NCBI GenBank assembly: GCA_030390025.1
Contig: CM059431.1
Location: 108,750,001-108,814,000, forward strand
Direction of reading: 5' to 3'
Length of the DNA: 64,000 nt
Source of the DNA: Squalus acanthias
Lineage: Eukaryota
Below, piece by piece: positions 11,765 through 23,921 of this stretch. Positions within the stretch are counted from its first letter, which is position 1. Each line of letters begins with the position of its first letter. The notes under the pieces are model-generated. The model did not search any database and was not told the origin of the DNA. It was given only the letters and a program-made list of their open reading frames with translations. The translations under genes were made by a program, and so were the position numbers.

Positions 11765-13100
11765 TGTGAAGGAATAAGCCATAAAACCTATTCAGAAAAA
11801 TACACCATTCTATGAAAGAATTCTGGCCTTATTAAAACATGACAAACTGGGTTTGGAAATCTAAAAAACCTAACAATGGAGAAGCTGTATTGTTAACAGC
11901 ATTCTGGCTATGGGGATGGGATGGTTGTTGACACTGAATCAATAACCTTGTTGAAACAGAAGGTTGGAGGCTCCTGACGGTCTGAATCTTTGGAAAGAAG
12001 ACAATGGTGCATCCTGGTTAAGGTGTTCTAAGTTACACTTCGTAAACAGGCACATAAAATTAAGAAACATATGCCTTCGTAAAAATGACATCAAGTAAAA
12101 GAAACACCTGCCGTCACACCGCTTTTGTGTTAAGCTAAAGACACCTACACAGGAGACACGATTCTGTGTTACAACCAGCTGAGGTGACTAAAATTGCATA
12201 GATCACCCTGGTTGAGGTGTTCTAATTTACACTTCGTAAAGAGACACAAACAGAAGGCCTTAGTAAAGACATCAAATAGATGCACCTACTGTTACACCAT
12301 TTTTTATGGTAAGCTTCGAACACCTAGGGTAGAAACATAATTCTGTATTGTTACCAGCTGAAGTGCCTGCAAGAATTGCAGGGGTCAGCAGAAAAATGAC
12401 TAGAGATAATTAGCTTACATCAGCAGAAAACCTTAAAGAAAAAACCCACTGGAAAAGGGTATAAATATTGAACTCTCAAATAGGATACTAGTCTCGCTGT
12501 AAAGGGGCAAAGTGATTCTCAGGCTTCAGAGGTGGCTCTGTAAGTCTACAACTCTTTGTATCTCGGGGATCAAGGTACTGTATTTGATTTTGGTGGATAT
12601 CCTGAATAAACTTTAAGAACTGTAAAACTGTAGCGAAGTTAAGATTTGAGAATAAGGACCTCTGATAAAAGAATTGTAAGCTTTCTCTTTATGGAACTGT
12701 TAATGTTGCGATTGAATCACCAACTGTAGATTACATGTTGGTTCTTTAATAAATCTATATATTTTTAGAATTATCTCACATAATACTTCTGTATCAAACT
12801 CGCAAACTCAATCTCTGTACACTCTTTGGTGAGGAGTTGCAGAATTCTGGGGGAGTTTTCTGGACCCTCATAATATTCGGAAGGTTACAGTTTAGCTAAA
12901 CTTATTAAAATTGCTATTTGAAGGACGGTAACATTTTCAGGTTGTTCCTTTCCTTTAGGGGGAGATAGTCTGGACCTTTAGACCCAATTAAGCATCTTTA
13001 GGATTTGGCTACCTCAAACTTTAGTTGAAAGTGAACGTCTGGGGAATACGCCTGATCTGGGGTAGCCCTAAAGGGGCTAGGACTAGTAATTATCCCTTCA
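11765..13100 (+). mobile_element. Solo LTR (1336 bp)
   Basis: TG...CA ends with short inverted termini (TGAAGGAATAA/TTATCCCTTCA); 4-bp TSD AAGC; splits an L2 tail; internal ~170-bp duplication, TATAAA at ~12460, AATAAA at 12605 and 12748. Confidence 0.75.
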
Positions 13101-13300
13101 AAGCATCCCAAGGCTCCTCACAGGAGCGTTATCAGTCAAAATTTGGCACCGAGCCACATAAAGAGACTTTAGGTGATCAAAAGCTTGGTCAAAGAGGTAG
13201 GTTTTAAGGAGCGTCTTAAAGCAGGAGAGAGAGGTAGAGAGGCGGAGAGGTTTAGGGAGGAGATTCCCGTACTTGGGGCCCAGGCAGCTGAAGGCACAGC
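13101..13300 (-). mobile_element. L2 3' tail fragment (its terminal part is at ~11725-11764)
   Basis: Same tail as the other L2 copies; contiguous once the LTR is removed. Confidence 0.75.
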
Positions 13301-13659
13301 AGGAAGATTTCCTCTGGTAAATATACCAAAAAGAATAGGTTTATGATTTCACTGGAAACACTGACTGGAGAACATCTTCTCATGTTGGTTTTCAATGTCA
13401 CTACACTTTGCAACTGGAGGAAATTTCCCCCATTGATAATGTCTGGCTGAGAATAAGAGTTGTAAACAAAACTAGGTCATGACTGGGGCTTTTGCCAGTT
13501 ATCCTGCGCATATTTGCTATGTAGTTGTTTGACGTTTATTGTATTGAACAGTTTTTTTATGATTGCAATATGTATTTTTAATTTACTTTTAGCATAAGTA
13601 CTCAATCCTGTTTAAGCACAGTGCTAACAGAATTACTCACTCTAAAATAACTCCCAGGT

Positions 13660-13970
13660 AAGGGACAGCATTGCCAACTGCCAAGTGAAGCTCCCTCTAC
13701 TCTTGCCCAACAATATGCCTCAGGCCCAGCCTCAGTAGGGCATTTCTTAGTGTTACATTTTGATTGTCCAAGCCAACTCTCCTTCTGCCATTCCTGATCG
13801 ACACTGGCAATTTATGGGCACATTACAGATAGTTTTAGACCCTAGCCTAATTCCGAATATATTTCATATGCAACTCTTCCACAGCTAACAAAGAGAAGGG
13901 ACTGCGTTAGATTGGAACCAGATTCCAGAGGTGAAAGATGTGCTAAACCCACCGCACCACCCAATTCCCT
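13660..13970 (-). mobile_element. Degenerate LF-SINE-like element
   Basis: Minus strand has CTTTCACCTCTGG, CATATGAAAT and GAGGCATATTG..GGAGCTTCAC, resembling the recalled LF-SINE consensus. Confidence 0.5.
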
Positions 13971-14027
13971 CACAGAACCATTTTCAATGCATAACAATAT
14001 ATCTATTTTTAATCTAGTATTTCTCAC

Positions 14028-14059
14028 CTGAAGCAATGGATCTGTTCGGAAAGCCAAAG
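14028..14059 (-). CDS. Candidate 32-nt exon of an unidentified host gene
   Basis: Strong acceptor (TCTTTTCTCTTTATTCAG) and donor (CAG|GTGAGA) in non-repeat sequence; open in all three frames. Confidence 0.4.
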
Positions 14060-14449
14060 CTGAATAAAGAGAAAAGAATTGCAGTCTCTAACTCAAACAT
14101 TTGAAAATAATGTTGTGTAGTCAAATAAAAATAGTTCCCACATCTCTGCCAATCCAGGCTGCAGCTCACCATCAAAAAATATTTTATACTAAAATACAGC
14201 AGCCTTTGACAAAGTTATTATCCTTTATTTAATTGCTGCAAGATCAGCTTTCTGTCTCCACTGTCCAGTTATTTGTACAATTCTCTTGTCATGTCATGTC
14301 CCGTCCCACCATGAAGCAGGCTTGATTGTTGATGGTTTTTTAGAGGCCCAGTTGAGTCCACCTAACAGTCTATTGAACTATGCAGGTGCTACATCCCATT
14401 GATATCTTTTTAAAGGGTGTATTTACATTACAGCTATAGGTCAGGCATA

Positions 14450-14788
14450 GGGAATGGCACCATAGTGGTTACGTTACTAGACTAGTAATCCGAGAAGCCT
14501 GGACTAATGAGTTCAAATCCCACCACGGCAGCTGGGGAATTTAAATTCAGTTAATTAAATAAATCTGGAATTAAAAAACTAGCATCAGACACTAACGACT
14601 GGATTGTTGTTAAAAACTCCATCTGGTCCTTTAGGGAAGGAAATCTAGCCAACATGTGATTCCAGACTGAAATGGGCTAGTAAGCCACACTGTGGCAGTT
14701 CAAGAAGCTCACCACCTGCTCAAGGGCAATTAGGTATGGGCAATAAATGCTGGCCTTGCCAGTGACACCCACATCCCAATCAAAAAAA
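14450..14788 (+). mobile_element. tRNA-derived SINE with a CR1-family tail
   Basis: Head TGGCACCATAGTGG..GAGTTCAAATCCC; tail AAGGGCAATTAGG..GCAATAAATGCTGGCC shared with the LINE at 44190-44853. Confidence 0.7.
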
Positions 14789-15018
14789 GCCCTCACCTAG
14801 ATACACACTGCAACCTTTCAGCAATGGTCCAAAGTGAAACTGGTTCACACTACAATTATAGTGTAAATACAGCTTAAAGCTAACCTTCTCAAATGCTAAA
14901 AATTTCCTTTTGGAATGGGTAAAATATATATTTTGGTTAAAACACTAAATATTCGTATTATATCAGCTCAACAGGTAAAAATGTCTAATGCACAGGTAAA
15001 ATTGTCTACGGCACATAT

Positions 15019-15660
15019 TGGGGTTGAATTGCCCTGTGGGGCTTCTTCCGATCGTCCGCTGTAACTTTGGTGGAAGATCGGCAGAAACCTCAAGAGTTAT
15101 GGCGAACAATCGGAAACAATCATGGAAATTCCATAGTGTCAATGGCCTGGCAATTACTCTTGCTGTTAGGGATAAGAAAATATTTATTTGGCGTAATTTT
15201 GGCAGGCGATGATAGCATAAAGCTTGTTTGCCCGGAGCGCCGATAGACAAATTTCTGAAGTCCTTTTCCCTTCGATTCAGGCAAGTAACATTTTTCCCCT
15301 CTTCTGCTTGCTGAATGCTTGTGGGATGTCCACTAAATGGAGATCTTGCCAAACTCAGGAGTCTGACACTAATCATGTTTGTTTCATGATTCCTCTAAGT
15401 AAGGGTTGGTGCCAGATCTGTGGGGGTTGCAGTGACGGTTTGTTTTGTCTTACATCGTCAGCATAAGGAGGAGCAGGGAGCGCTAACCTGTATGAAGTGC
15501 TGAAGCAGGAAGAGGAACCGACAGCCCAGGAACCAGAGGCATTTGCAGAAGTACGCAAGAAACAGGCCCCTTTGCAGCCACCAGGCTGTACAGCCCAGGT
15601 CAGCCGTTCTAGACTGTCAGACGAGCAGTGCTAGAGAAGGCTCAGGTTACGTAGGGTCAC
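15019..15660 (+). mobile_element. Degenerate Harbinger 5' fragment
   Basis: TIR-like GGGGTTGAATTG start; 15614-15655 translates LSDEQC*RRLRLRR, similar to transposase [14 protein letters not shown] at ~59564. Confidence 0.6.
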
Positions 15661-16413
15661 CAACTTATATCATCCATTACACAGGACTTGCAGACATGGT
15701 TAACAATAAGGAATGCCTGTGCCACTGGTAGTTCAGATTACGACAATCTTAAATTTTGACATGAGGGAGAAAGAAATAGAAGGGTATGCTGATAGGGTTA
15801 GATGAAGAGGTGTGGGAGGAGGCTCGTGTGGAGCATAAACACCAGCATAGACCTGTTGGGCCGAATGGCCTGTTTCTGAGCTGTAAATACTATGTAATAC
15901 TTTGTAATTTGCAACAGGCATTCTCCAGTGCCCATCAGATGATTTGAAAGAGAAGAAAAGCTGGCGTTTCTATGCTATCTGTCATGTCCTCAAGAAATAC
16001 TACACAGACAATTAGTTACTTTTGAAATGCGGTCACAAACAGAGCTGATTTGCACACATTCCAGCCCTGATTTAAACTTGGGGTGAGCGTTGGGCCAGTG
16101 AGGCACACATCAGGCTCGTCCCAGCACCCCCGGCCTGAGGCCCAAGCAATTTTAACACCCAGGCCTCGTTTAAATACACCAGGCCCGACGCCCACCTGAA
16201 CCCGCTGCCAATGATGTGAGGCCAGCGAACAGGAGTGGGGCAAGCACGACGGGAGGTGGGGGATCAGCAGGAAGAGTCCCTGGCACTAGGGTAAATGGAT
16301 GGGAGAGGGGGCGGATGGAGAAGATCACGGTCAGGGGAGAGGAAGGGAAGCTTGGGGCAGGGGTGGCCCATGGTTTCCTTGTGGGGTATGGTGGACCACG
16401 TTAGAATGACTAA

Positions 16414-16598
16414 GGGGGCAATTGTAACCTAAGCAGCCCATCGGGAAACTGATGGGATGGGCTGCAACACTGGTTTTACACCCCCGCCCGATTTTACTCT
16501 GCATTGAAGTCAACGGAGAAATATTGGGCGGGGTAAAACCGACGTTCCACCCGATCCCGTGAGATTCCCACCCAGCGAGTTAGGTTAAAATTACTCCC
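16414..16598. mobile_element. Short Harbinger/Tourist-like MITE (185 bp)
   Basis: GGGGGCAATTGTAACCTAA...TTAGGTTAAAATTACTCCC; TSD TAA; relative at ~51530-51708. Confidence 0.8.
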
Positions 16599-16662
16599 TA
16601 AGCTTTTGCACATTTTTGTCTTCACTATCTTCTAATACATGCACAGACTGAAGAGCAGTAGA

Positions 16663-16983
16663 CAACAACAACTTGCATTTATATAGCGCCTTTAACGTTG
16701 TAAAGAGTTCCAAGGAGCTTCACAGGAGCGATTATCAAACAAAATTTGACACCGAGCCAGATAAGGAGATATTAGGACTGATGACCAAAAGCTTGGTCAA
16801 ACAGATAGGTTTTAAGGAGCGCCTTAAAGGAGGAGAGAGAGGTAGAGAGGTGGAGAGGTTTAGGGAGGGAATTCCGGAGCTTAGGGCCCAGGCAGCTGAA
16901 GGCACGGCCGCCAATGGCAGAGCGATGGAAATCGGGGAAGCTCAAGAGGCCAGAATTGGAGGAGCGCAGAGATCTCAGAGGGT
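16663..16983 (-). mobile_element. L2 3' tail fragment
   Basis: Reverse complement of the L2 3' end; (CAA)n tail. Confidence 0.82.
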
Positions 16984-18418
16984 AGACACTGATATGGCAA
17001 GGATTCAGTGAAGTCCTGGGTGTTTATTATAGTAATAGTGATGCACTGCCATAACAACACTTTCTATGGAGTGATGGCCTACTATGAGTTCTCTGCTATG
17101 AACTACTTCTACATGTGTTTCTAATAGATGAGGTAGGTGTAGAGGCTGCCTGAAAGGTGTCCTATATACTATTTTAGGATTCTGATTCTGAATCTGGCAC
17201 CTGATTGCTATCTTCTACTGGTGTTAAATGTCTACCAGATATTTCAGGAATGCCTTGTGTTGTTGATCCAGGGAAAATACTGCTTCAGCAGCACCTTTTG
17301 ACTGACACATTTTGCAGAGCTTGGTGCTGGCATTGGCATAAGAGACAGACACGTATTCTTGTGCTGCTGCACACATGGTACTACTCAAGATCAAGTTCTC
17401 ATGTGGCCCAGTGTTCTTACATAGAATATAAGGCACAGAAACAGGCCATTCGGCCCAACCTGTCCATGCCGGCATTTATGCTCCACTCGCGCCTCCTCCC
17501 ATCCTTCCTCATCTAACTCTATCAGCAGAACCCTCTATTTCCTTCCCCCCTCAAATGCTTATCTAGCTTCCCCTTAAATGCATCCATATATTCTGTGCAA
17601 GCATCACTCATTGTTCTCACACAAAACTTCTGAATCCATGGCTGATCATTACCTGTACTTGTCTTCAAGTTCACTAAAGAATCTTAGGTTCTGTCACCAC
17701 CTCCCACCCCCTCAACCCGGTGCTTTGAAGGCATTAGGGAGAGCATCCATGAGGATGCACCTTCTGCACTACTTGCGTGTGTGACCGTGTCCTTGATTCT
17801 CACCTGAAGGTCCCACTAACACTAGCGCACAGTCAATTGCAATGTGCAAGACAGATAGCTGCTCCAGTAAGGCACCACTGATGTTGCTCATAGCACCCCA
17901 AACCTGAGCGGCAGATTCACCCACGCTATGCAGGCAAGTGAGGGTGATTGAATTCAATCTACAGGTATCTAATAAGAAGGCTGTCCCATTGGGCTCAGGG
18001 CTGGGTTTTATAGTGTAGATCAGAAACCCAAAATTTAGCAACGATTAAATTAACTTATATCTTTCTTTCTCCCTAACAAATCTCTGCAATAATAATTCTT
18101 GTTACCAAAGAGTTCCTGCTTATGAAACATGTCTAAAATCAGGACTTTTTATGCAGAACTCCTCCTACTTACTTGAATAATTATGTAGTCTTTTCCTTTT
18201 AGTTATCCCTTTTTTCTTCTTTTCTTGTGTTGTGTTCACTTTCAGATTCCTGTGAATTATTATTTTACAGTCTGGGTGCCAGTTGGTGACAAAGGAAACA
18301 GCCCTGCGGTAATTCCCTTCAATACCTCTAGCTGGGGACTTGGGATGACATTTGCAGCCTTTGCTGATCAGGGTTATTTATCGGTTTCCCGTGCTGGATA
18401 TTTTCCTTGTCTTTATGA

Positions 18419-18876
18419 TGTCAGTTGTGGCTCAGTGGGTAGCAAGCACTCTTGCCTTTGAGTCAGGAAGTTGCGGGTTGAAAGTCCCATCCCAGAGACT
18501 TGAGTACAAATCTAGGCTGACACTTCAATGCAGTCCTGAGGGAGTGCTGCACTCTCGGAGATGCCGTCTTTCGGATGAAACGTTAAACAGAGGTCCCATC
18601 GGCCAACTCAGGGTAAAAGATCCCATGGCACTATTTTGAAGAACAGCAGGGGAGTTCTTGTCAAAATCTTTCCTCAACCAACATCACTAAAAATAACCAG
18701 ATTAACTGATCCTTATCGCATTGCTGTTTGTGATATTGCTGTGTGCAAATTGGCTGCCGCATTTCCTACATTACAACAGTGACTACACTTCAAAAGTAAT
18801 TCATTGGCAGTAAAGCTCTTTGGGATGTACTGAAGTTATGAAAGGCCCTATAGAAATGTAAGTCTTTCTTTCTTTT
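18419..18876 (+). mobile_element. DeuSINE (SacSINE1-like)
   Basis: Collinear with 10911-11370. Confidence 0.82.
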
Positions 18877-18887
18877 TACAGTTTGCC

Positions 18888-19700
18888 ACTTTGTTACCAC
18901 AGACTTGACTATTCCAACGCTCTCCTGGCCAGCCTCCCATCTTCCACCCATCTTCCTTGTGCTCGCTGACTTACAGAATCACAGAATCCCCACAGTGCAG
19001 ATAGAGGCCATTTCGGCCCATCGAGCCTGCACCGACACATATCCCACCCTATCCCCGTAACCCCACGTATTTAATCCCCCTAACACTAAGGGTCAATTTA
19101 TCATAGCAAAATCAACCTAACCCGCACATCTTTGGACTGTGGGAGGAAACCGGAGCACCCGGAGGAAACCCACGCAGACACGGGGAGGATGTGCAAACTC
19201 CACACAGACAGTCACCCGTGGCCGGATTCGAACCCGTGTCCCTGGCGCTGTGAGGCAACAGTGCTAACCACTATGCCACCGTGTTACATTTGGCTCCCGG
19301 TCCAGCAACGCCTCAATTTTAAAATTCTCATCCTTGTTTTCAAATCCCTCCATGGTCTCGCCCCTCCCTATCTCTGTCGCCCCCCTCCAGCCCCACAACC
19401 AGCCCAAGATCTCTGCACTCCTCCAATTTTGGCTTCTTGCTCATTCCCGATTTTAATCGCTCCACCATTGCTGGCCGTGCCTTTAGCTGCCTAGGCCCTA
19501 AACTCTCTGCCTCTCTAACTCTCTCTCCTCTTTAAGCCGCTCCTTAAAACCTACCTCTTTGACCAAGCTTTTGGTCACCTGTCCTGATATCTCCTTGTGT
19601 GGCTTAGTGTCAAATTTTGTTTGATCTCGCTCCTGTGAAGCGCCTTCGGACATTTTACTATGTTAAAGGCGCTATATAAATGCAAGTTGTCGTTGTTGTT
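18888..19700 (+). mobile_element. L2 3' fragment interrupted by a V-SINE
   Basis: RLDYSNALLAG..HWLPVQQRLNFKILILVFKSLHGLAP; L2 tail. Confidence 0.8.
18976..19283 (-). mobile_element. HE1-like V-SINE
   Basis: tRNA head CACGGTGGCATAGTGGTTAGC, B box GGTTCGAATCC, V-domain GTGTGGAGTTTGCAC..GGGTTTCCTCCGGGTGCTCC; TSD TTACA. Confidence 0.85.
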
Positions 19701-20042
19701 TGAATCAATGGCCAGGACATACCATTTACATGTCAAGGATTTTATATACCTTCCAATCCGGGTATGCTGGGTGCATGAGACAGCATCCTTGCTATCAGTG
19801 AGAGACTTCCAAGCTTGCCATCTGCGCTGCGGCATTGTCCTCTGGGCAGATGCCTCAAAATTGTTTATTCTGTGTTGCATTACCAAGGTTACAAGTGCTG
19901 CCAGGGCTTTGCCCACGCACTACGCTTTGTATTGTTGCTTAGCACTTGCTGATGCTGATAGGCAGTATTCAATTCTCAGCCGTTGCAACAAACTTTCAAC
20001 CCTTAACTACTGATTAAGTGCATGATTATTGCTTTAACAGTT

Positions 20043-20478
20043 CATAGAAAACATAGAAACATAGAATCTAGGAGCAGGAGTAGGCCATTCGGCCCGTCGA
20101 GCCTGCTCCACCATTCAATACGATCATGGCTGATCATCCAAATCCAGTACCCTGTCCCTGCTTTAATCCCCACAGTACACATATCCCACCCTACCCCCGT
20201 AACCCCACGTATTTAATTCCCCCTAACATATCCCATCCTATCCCCATAACCCCACATATTTAGTACTCCCCTAACACTAAGGGTCAATTTATCATAGCCA
20301 AATCAACCTAACCCGCACATTTTTGGACTGTGGGAGGAAACCGGAGCACCCGGAGAAAACCCACGCAGACACGGGGAGAATGTGCAAACTCCACACAGAC
20401 AGTCACCCGAGGTCAGATTCGAACCCGGGTCCCTGGCGCTGTGAGGCACCAGTGCTAACCACTATGCCACCGTGTTGC
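20043..20478 (-). mobile_element. HE1-like V-SINE (20166-20478) next to a CR1 tail (20043-20165)
   Basis: Near-identical to 18976-19283; local ~45-bp duplication. Confidence 0.82.
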
Positions 20479-21332
20479 CCTTGTTGGCCTCATTACCTTA
20501 TGCTCACATTGGTTGCACTAATGGAGCAGATTACCTTGGAAGGACTACAAACTAAATGGGAGGTAGCTGTGACTTTGTGACTACAAGCCGCAATTTTACT
20601 CAGCAACTGAGTCAACTAATTTCTCCGGAGGAAGTGATAGTAGGAATCTTACGCTTTTCCTGTTCCAGATGGGTTCATCGTGCTGCATGATAACAGAACA
20701 GGAGGTCTCAATGCTGTTCTTAGGTACCAATTTGTCATATCTCAATTCAATATTACTTCAGTAGCCTTTGGAGTTAAGAACAAAGCTTTGTTGCTTTGAG
20801 GTTTGAATTGGTGATATTCGTCTCAAACGGTTTTTATGTCCTTGTTTTTATTTAACTTCAAACTTTGATGGCGACATCCCCAGTGTTGATATCCATTTCC
20901 TCACCTCTCATCTTCCTCATTCTGGCCTCACTTCTCAGACCATCTTTGCTGTACAGATGACCATATCCTACTGGATTAAAGAAACGTTAAATAGGGATAT
21001 ATACAAATAACAAAAATTGCAAATTAATAAGATACTGTAAGTAGGGGCATGAGCCAGTTCAAACACTTTGTCATAAAAATAATTAAATAACCTCTCAGTG
21101 CTTTTTAAAATGACTTTCCTTCTACCGTGTAATACTATAGTGTACATCAAATAGTCCAATTTGAATTCAAGGAACTCCACAAGTAAAATTCGGTTATATC
21201 TGCTATAGATGTGCCCTTAATCACTGGCATAAGTAATTGTCACGCCCACTCTTTCTATATTTTCAGTGTCCTGTTGTGCGTGATGTATGTGTGTTGGTTT
21301 TGTACATATGAACTGCAGTATGTGATTACAAT

Positions 21333-21850
21333 GGGCCTGGATTTGCGATCGGAGGCTTTCCGTGGGCGGATACCTCCGATCATCAAGTTTTCTACGCATT
21401 TACCTGGTGGTCCAGGAGATACGGAGGCTTGCGATCCTGGGCCTCTCCTGGTAGAAATGCGTAGAGGCCCACGTATCCCAGAGGCGTATGCGGTTCACAA
21501 GCGCCCCTGGGATCACATGGGCCGGTCCAACCAATGAAAGAAGGGAATACCCATTCATACTTTTGACAGTTCCGTATGTACGGAACTGTCATAAGTATGA
21601 ATGGGGATGACAAAAATACACAAACACATGAAATAAATTTAAAAAAACATTACATATATAAAATTAATTAAAATGGCTTTTAATTAAATATTTTAAACAA
21701 AATTTAAAATTTTTGAATTTTTTTAATGTTTTAACGGGGCTAAAAATAAACTTACCTTATTGAACAGGGTTTTTAATGTATAAGTGAGTGATAAAATTTT
21801 ATTTTCCTACTTTTTAAAACCCTTATGCTGGTAAAAGCAGGCCTTACACT
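21333..21850. mobile_element. MITE family A copy 2 (inverted, truncated)
   Basis: Reverse-complement similarity to 2160-2704; TIR GGGCCTGGATTTG. Confidence 0.7.
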
Positions 21851-21852
21851 GA

Positions 21853-22870
21853 TAAGGCCAGCATTCATTGCCCATCCCTAGTTGCCCTTGAGAAGGTGGT
21901 GGTGAGCCGCCACCTTGAACCGCTGCAGTCTGTGTGGTGAAGGTACTCCCACAGTGCTGTCAGGGAGGGAGTTCCAGGATTTTGACCCAGCGACGATGAA
22001 GGAACGGCGATATACTTCTATGTCAGGATGGTGTGTGACTTGGAGGGGAACTTGGAGCTGGTGGTGTTCCCATGCGCCTGCTGCCCTTGTCCTTCTAAGT
22101 GGAAGAGGTTGCGGGTTTGGGAGGTGCTGCCGAAGAAGCCTTGGCGAGTTGCTGCAGTGCATCTTTTAGATGGTACACACTGCAGCCACGGTACGCCGGT
22201 GGTGGAGGGAGTGAATATTTAAGGTGGTGGATAGGGTGCCAATCAAACGGGCTGCTTTGTCCTGGATGGTGTCGAGCTTCTTGAGTGTTGTTGCAGCTGC
22301 ACTCATCCAGGCAAGTGGAGAGTATTCCATCACACTGCTGACTTGTGACTTGTAGATGGTGGAAAGGCTTTGGGGAGTCAGGAGGTGAGACAATCGCCAC
22401 AGAATACCTAGCCTCTGACCTGCTCTTGTTGCCACATTATTTATGTGGCTGGTCCAGTTAAGTTTCTGGTTAATGGTGACCCCCAGGATGTTGATGGTGG
22501 GGGATTTGGCGATGGTAATGCCGTTGATTGTCAAGGGGAGGTGGTTAGACGCTTGCTTGTTGTAGATAGTCATTGCCTGGCACTTCTGTCGCACGAATGT
22601 TACCTGCCACTTATCAGCCCAAGCCTGAACGTCATCCAGGTCTTGTTGCATGCGGGCATGGACTGCTTCATTATCTGAGGAGTTATGCATGGCGCTGAAC
22701 GCTGTGCAATCATCAGCGAACATCCCCATTTCTGACCTTACGTTGGAGGGAAGGTCATTGATGAAGCAGCTGAAGATGGTTGGGCCTAGGCACTGCCCTG
22801 AGGAACTCCTGCAGCGATATCCTGGGGCTGTGATGATTGACCTTCAACCACCACAACCATCTTCCTGCTG
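21853..22870 (-). mobile_element. CR1-clade LINE 3' fragment (second family)
   Basis: ORF 22166-22729: MFADD..QDLDDVQAWADKWQVTF..ILGVTI..VMEYSPLAW. Confidence 0.9.
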
Positions 22871-23349
22871 TCCAATGTAGTACTCAACTAAACAGACCAA
22901 GCAGGTCACAGGTTCTATTCCTGGTCTGTACTAAGTTAGCTAAGCTCACTTAGGTTGGCACAATAGGAGTGCTACAATTGGCCTCAGCACCCCTGCAGCA
23001 GGTAAGGAAAAATAAATCATACACTGTTGCTGTTCCTGATTGCTAACCAGTTACTCCTGCTGCAAAGTGTTCATATGTGAAATGTTGTGTGAAGAGAGGA
23101 TTTAGCTGGCTGTGCTTCCCTCTATAATTCAATAGCCTAATGACGTGGACCCTCCAGGATCACCCATGAAAAATGCTCATTTGATGAGGAAGCAGAGGGT
23201 AGCTGGTGTCCGGGAAAACATATCCCAACATCAGGCAACACCTTCAGGAGAGGAGGGTACCAAAGAGAAGAGAGGGGAAGAAATACATTAAAAAACAAAG
23301 GTTTGGCCAGTATTGGTATTCCACATGACTATGGATTCTAGTGCAGTCC

Positions 23350-23630
23350 TACCCACTTATATCGAAATATTGGGTGCTATTCTAATTTTGTTGAAATTAG
23401 TGGACATTCCATAAAGTATCACGCAGACCAATATTTGGACGTTTGAACATTTTGTAAATTATCTGCTATGCGTAGGCTTCCACGTTGTACTTGGCCTTTA
23501 TGCATCCAGCTGTATAAGCTGTTGTGCTTCACGGAAAAAGTTTTGCAGAATTCTTTTCTGGAGTTTCCACTCTTAATTGCTTTGATTGCGCGATATTTAA
23601 CCTCGGGCGTTTCCAAGTTAAATTTATGTT
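23350..23630 (-). pseudogene. Fossil pogo/Tigger-type transposase N-terminal HTH fragment
   Basis: ETPEVKYRAIKAIKSGNSRKEFCKTFSVKHNSLYSW resembles the HTH_psq/CENP-B N-terminus; decayed downstream. Confidence 0.5.
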
Positions 23631-23921
23631 TATGTCTTGGTATCTATCTTAAGTAAATGAAGAGTAATGGACTATGATCGCATTCACATCACGGCTAATT
23701 TATAGGTTTAATAAACCTAATTTATAGGTTTAATAAGCCTTATTGCTTTCTTGACTTGTCACACTCACTCACATGTCACATGTGAAGATAAGGGCCTGTC
23801 GACACAAGTGGTAATAAAAGAAGGACTTTAGTACTGTTATGGGTATAAAAATCTGTCATATTAAGCGTGCCAGAATTTATGTTGATGTTGACACTTTAAC
23901 AGTTTCCAGTTTTCCGGCCCC

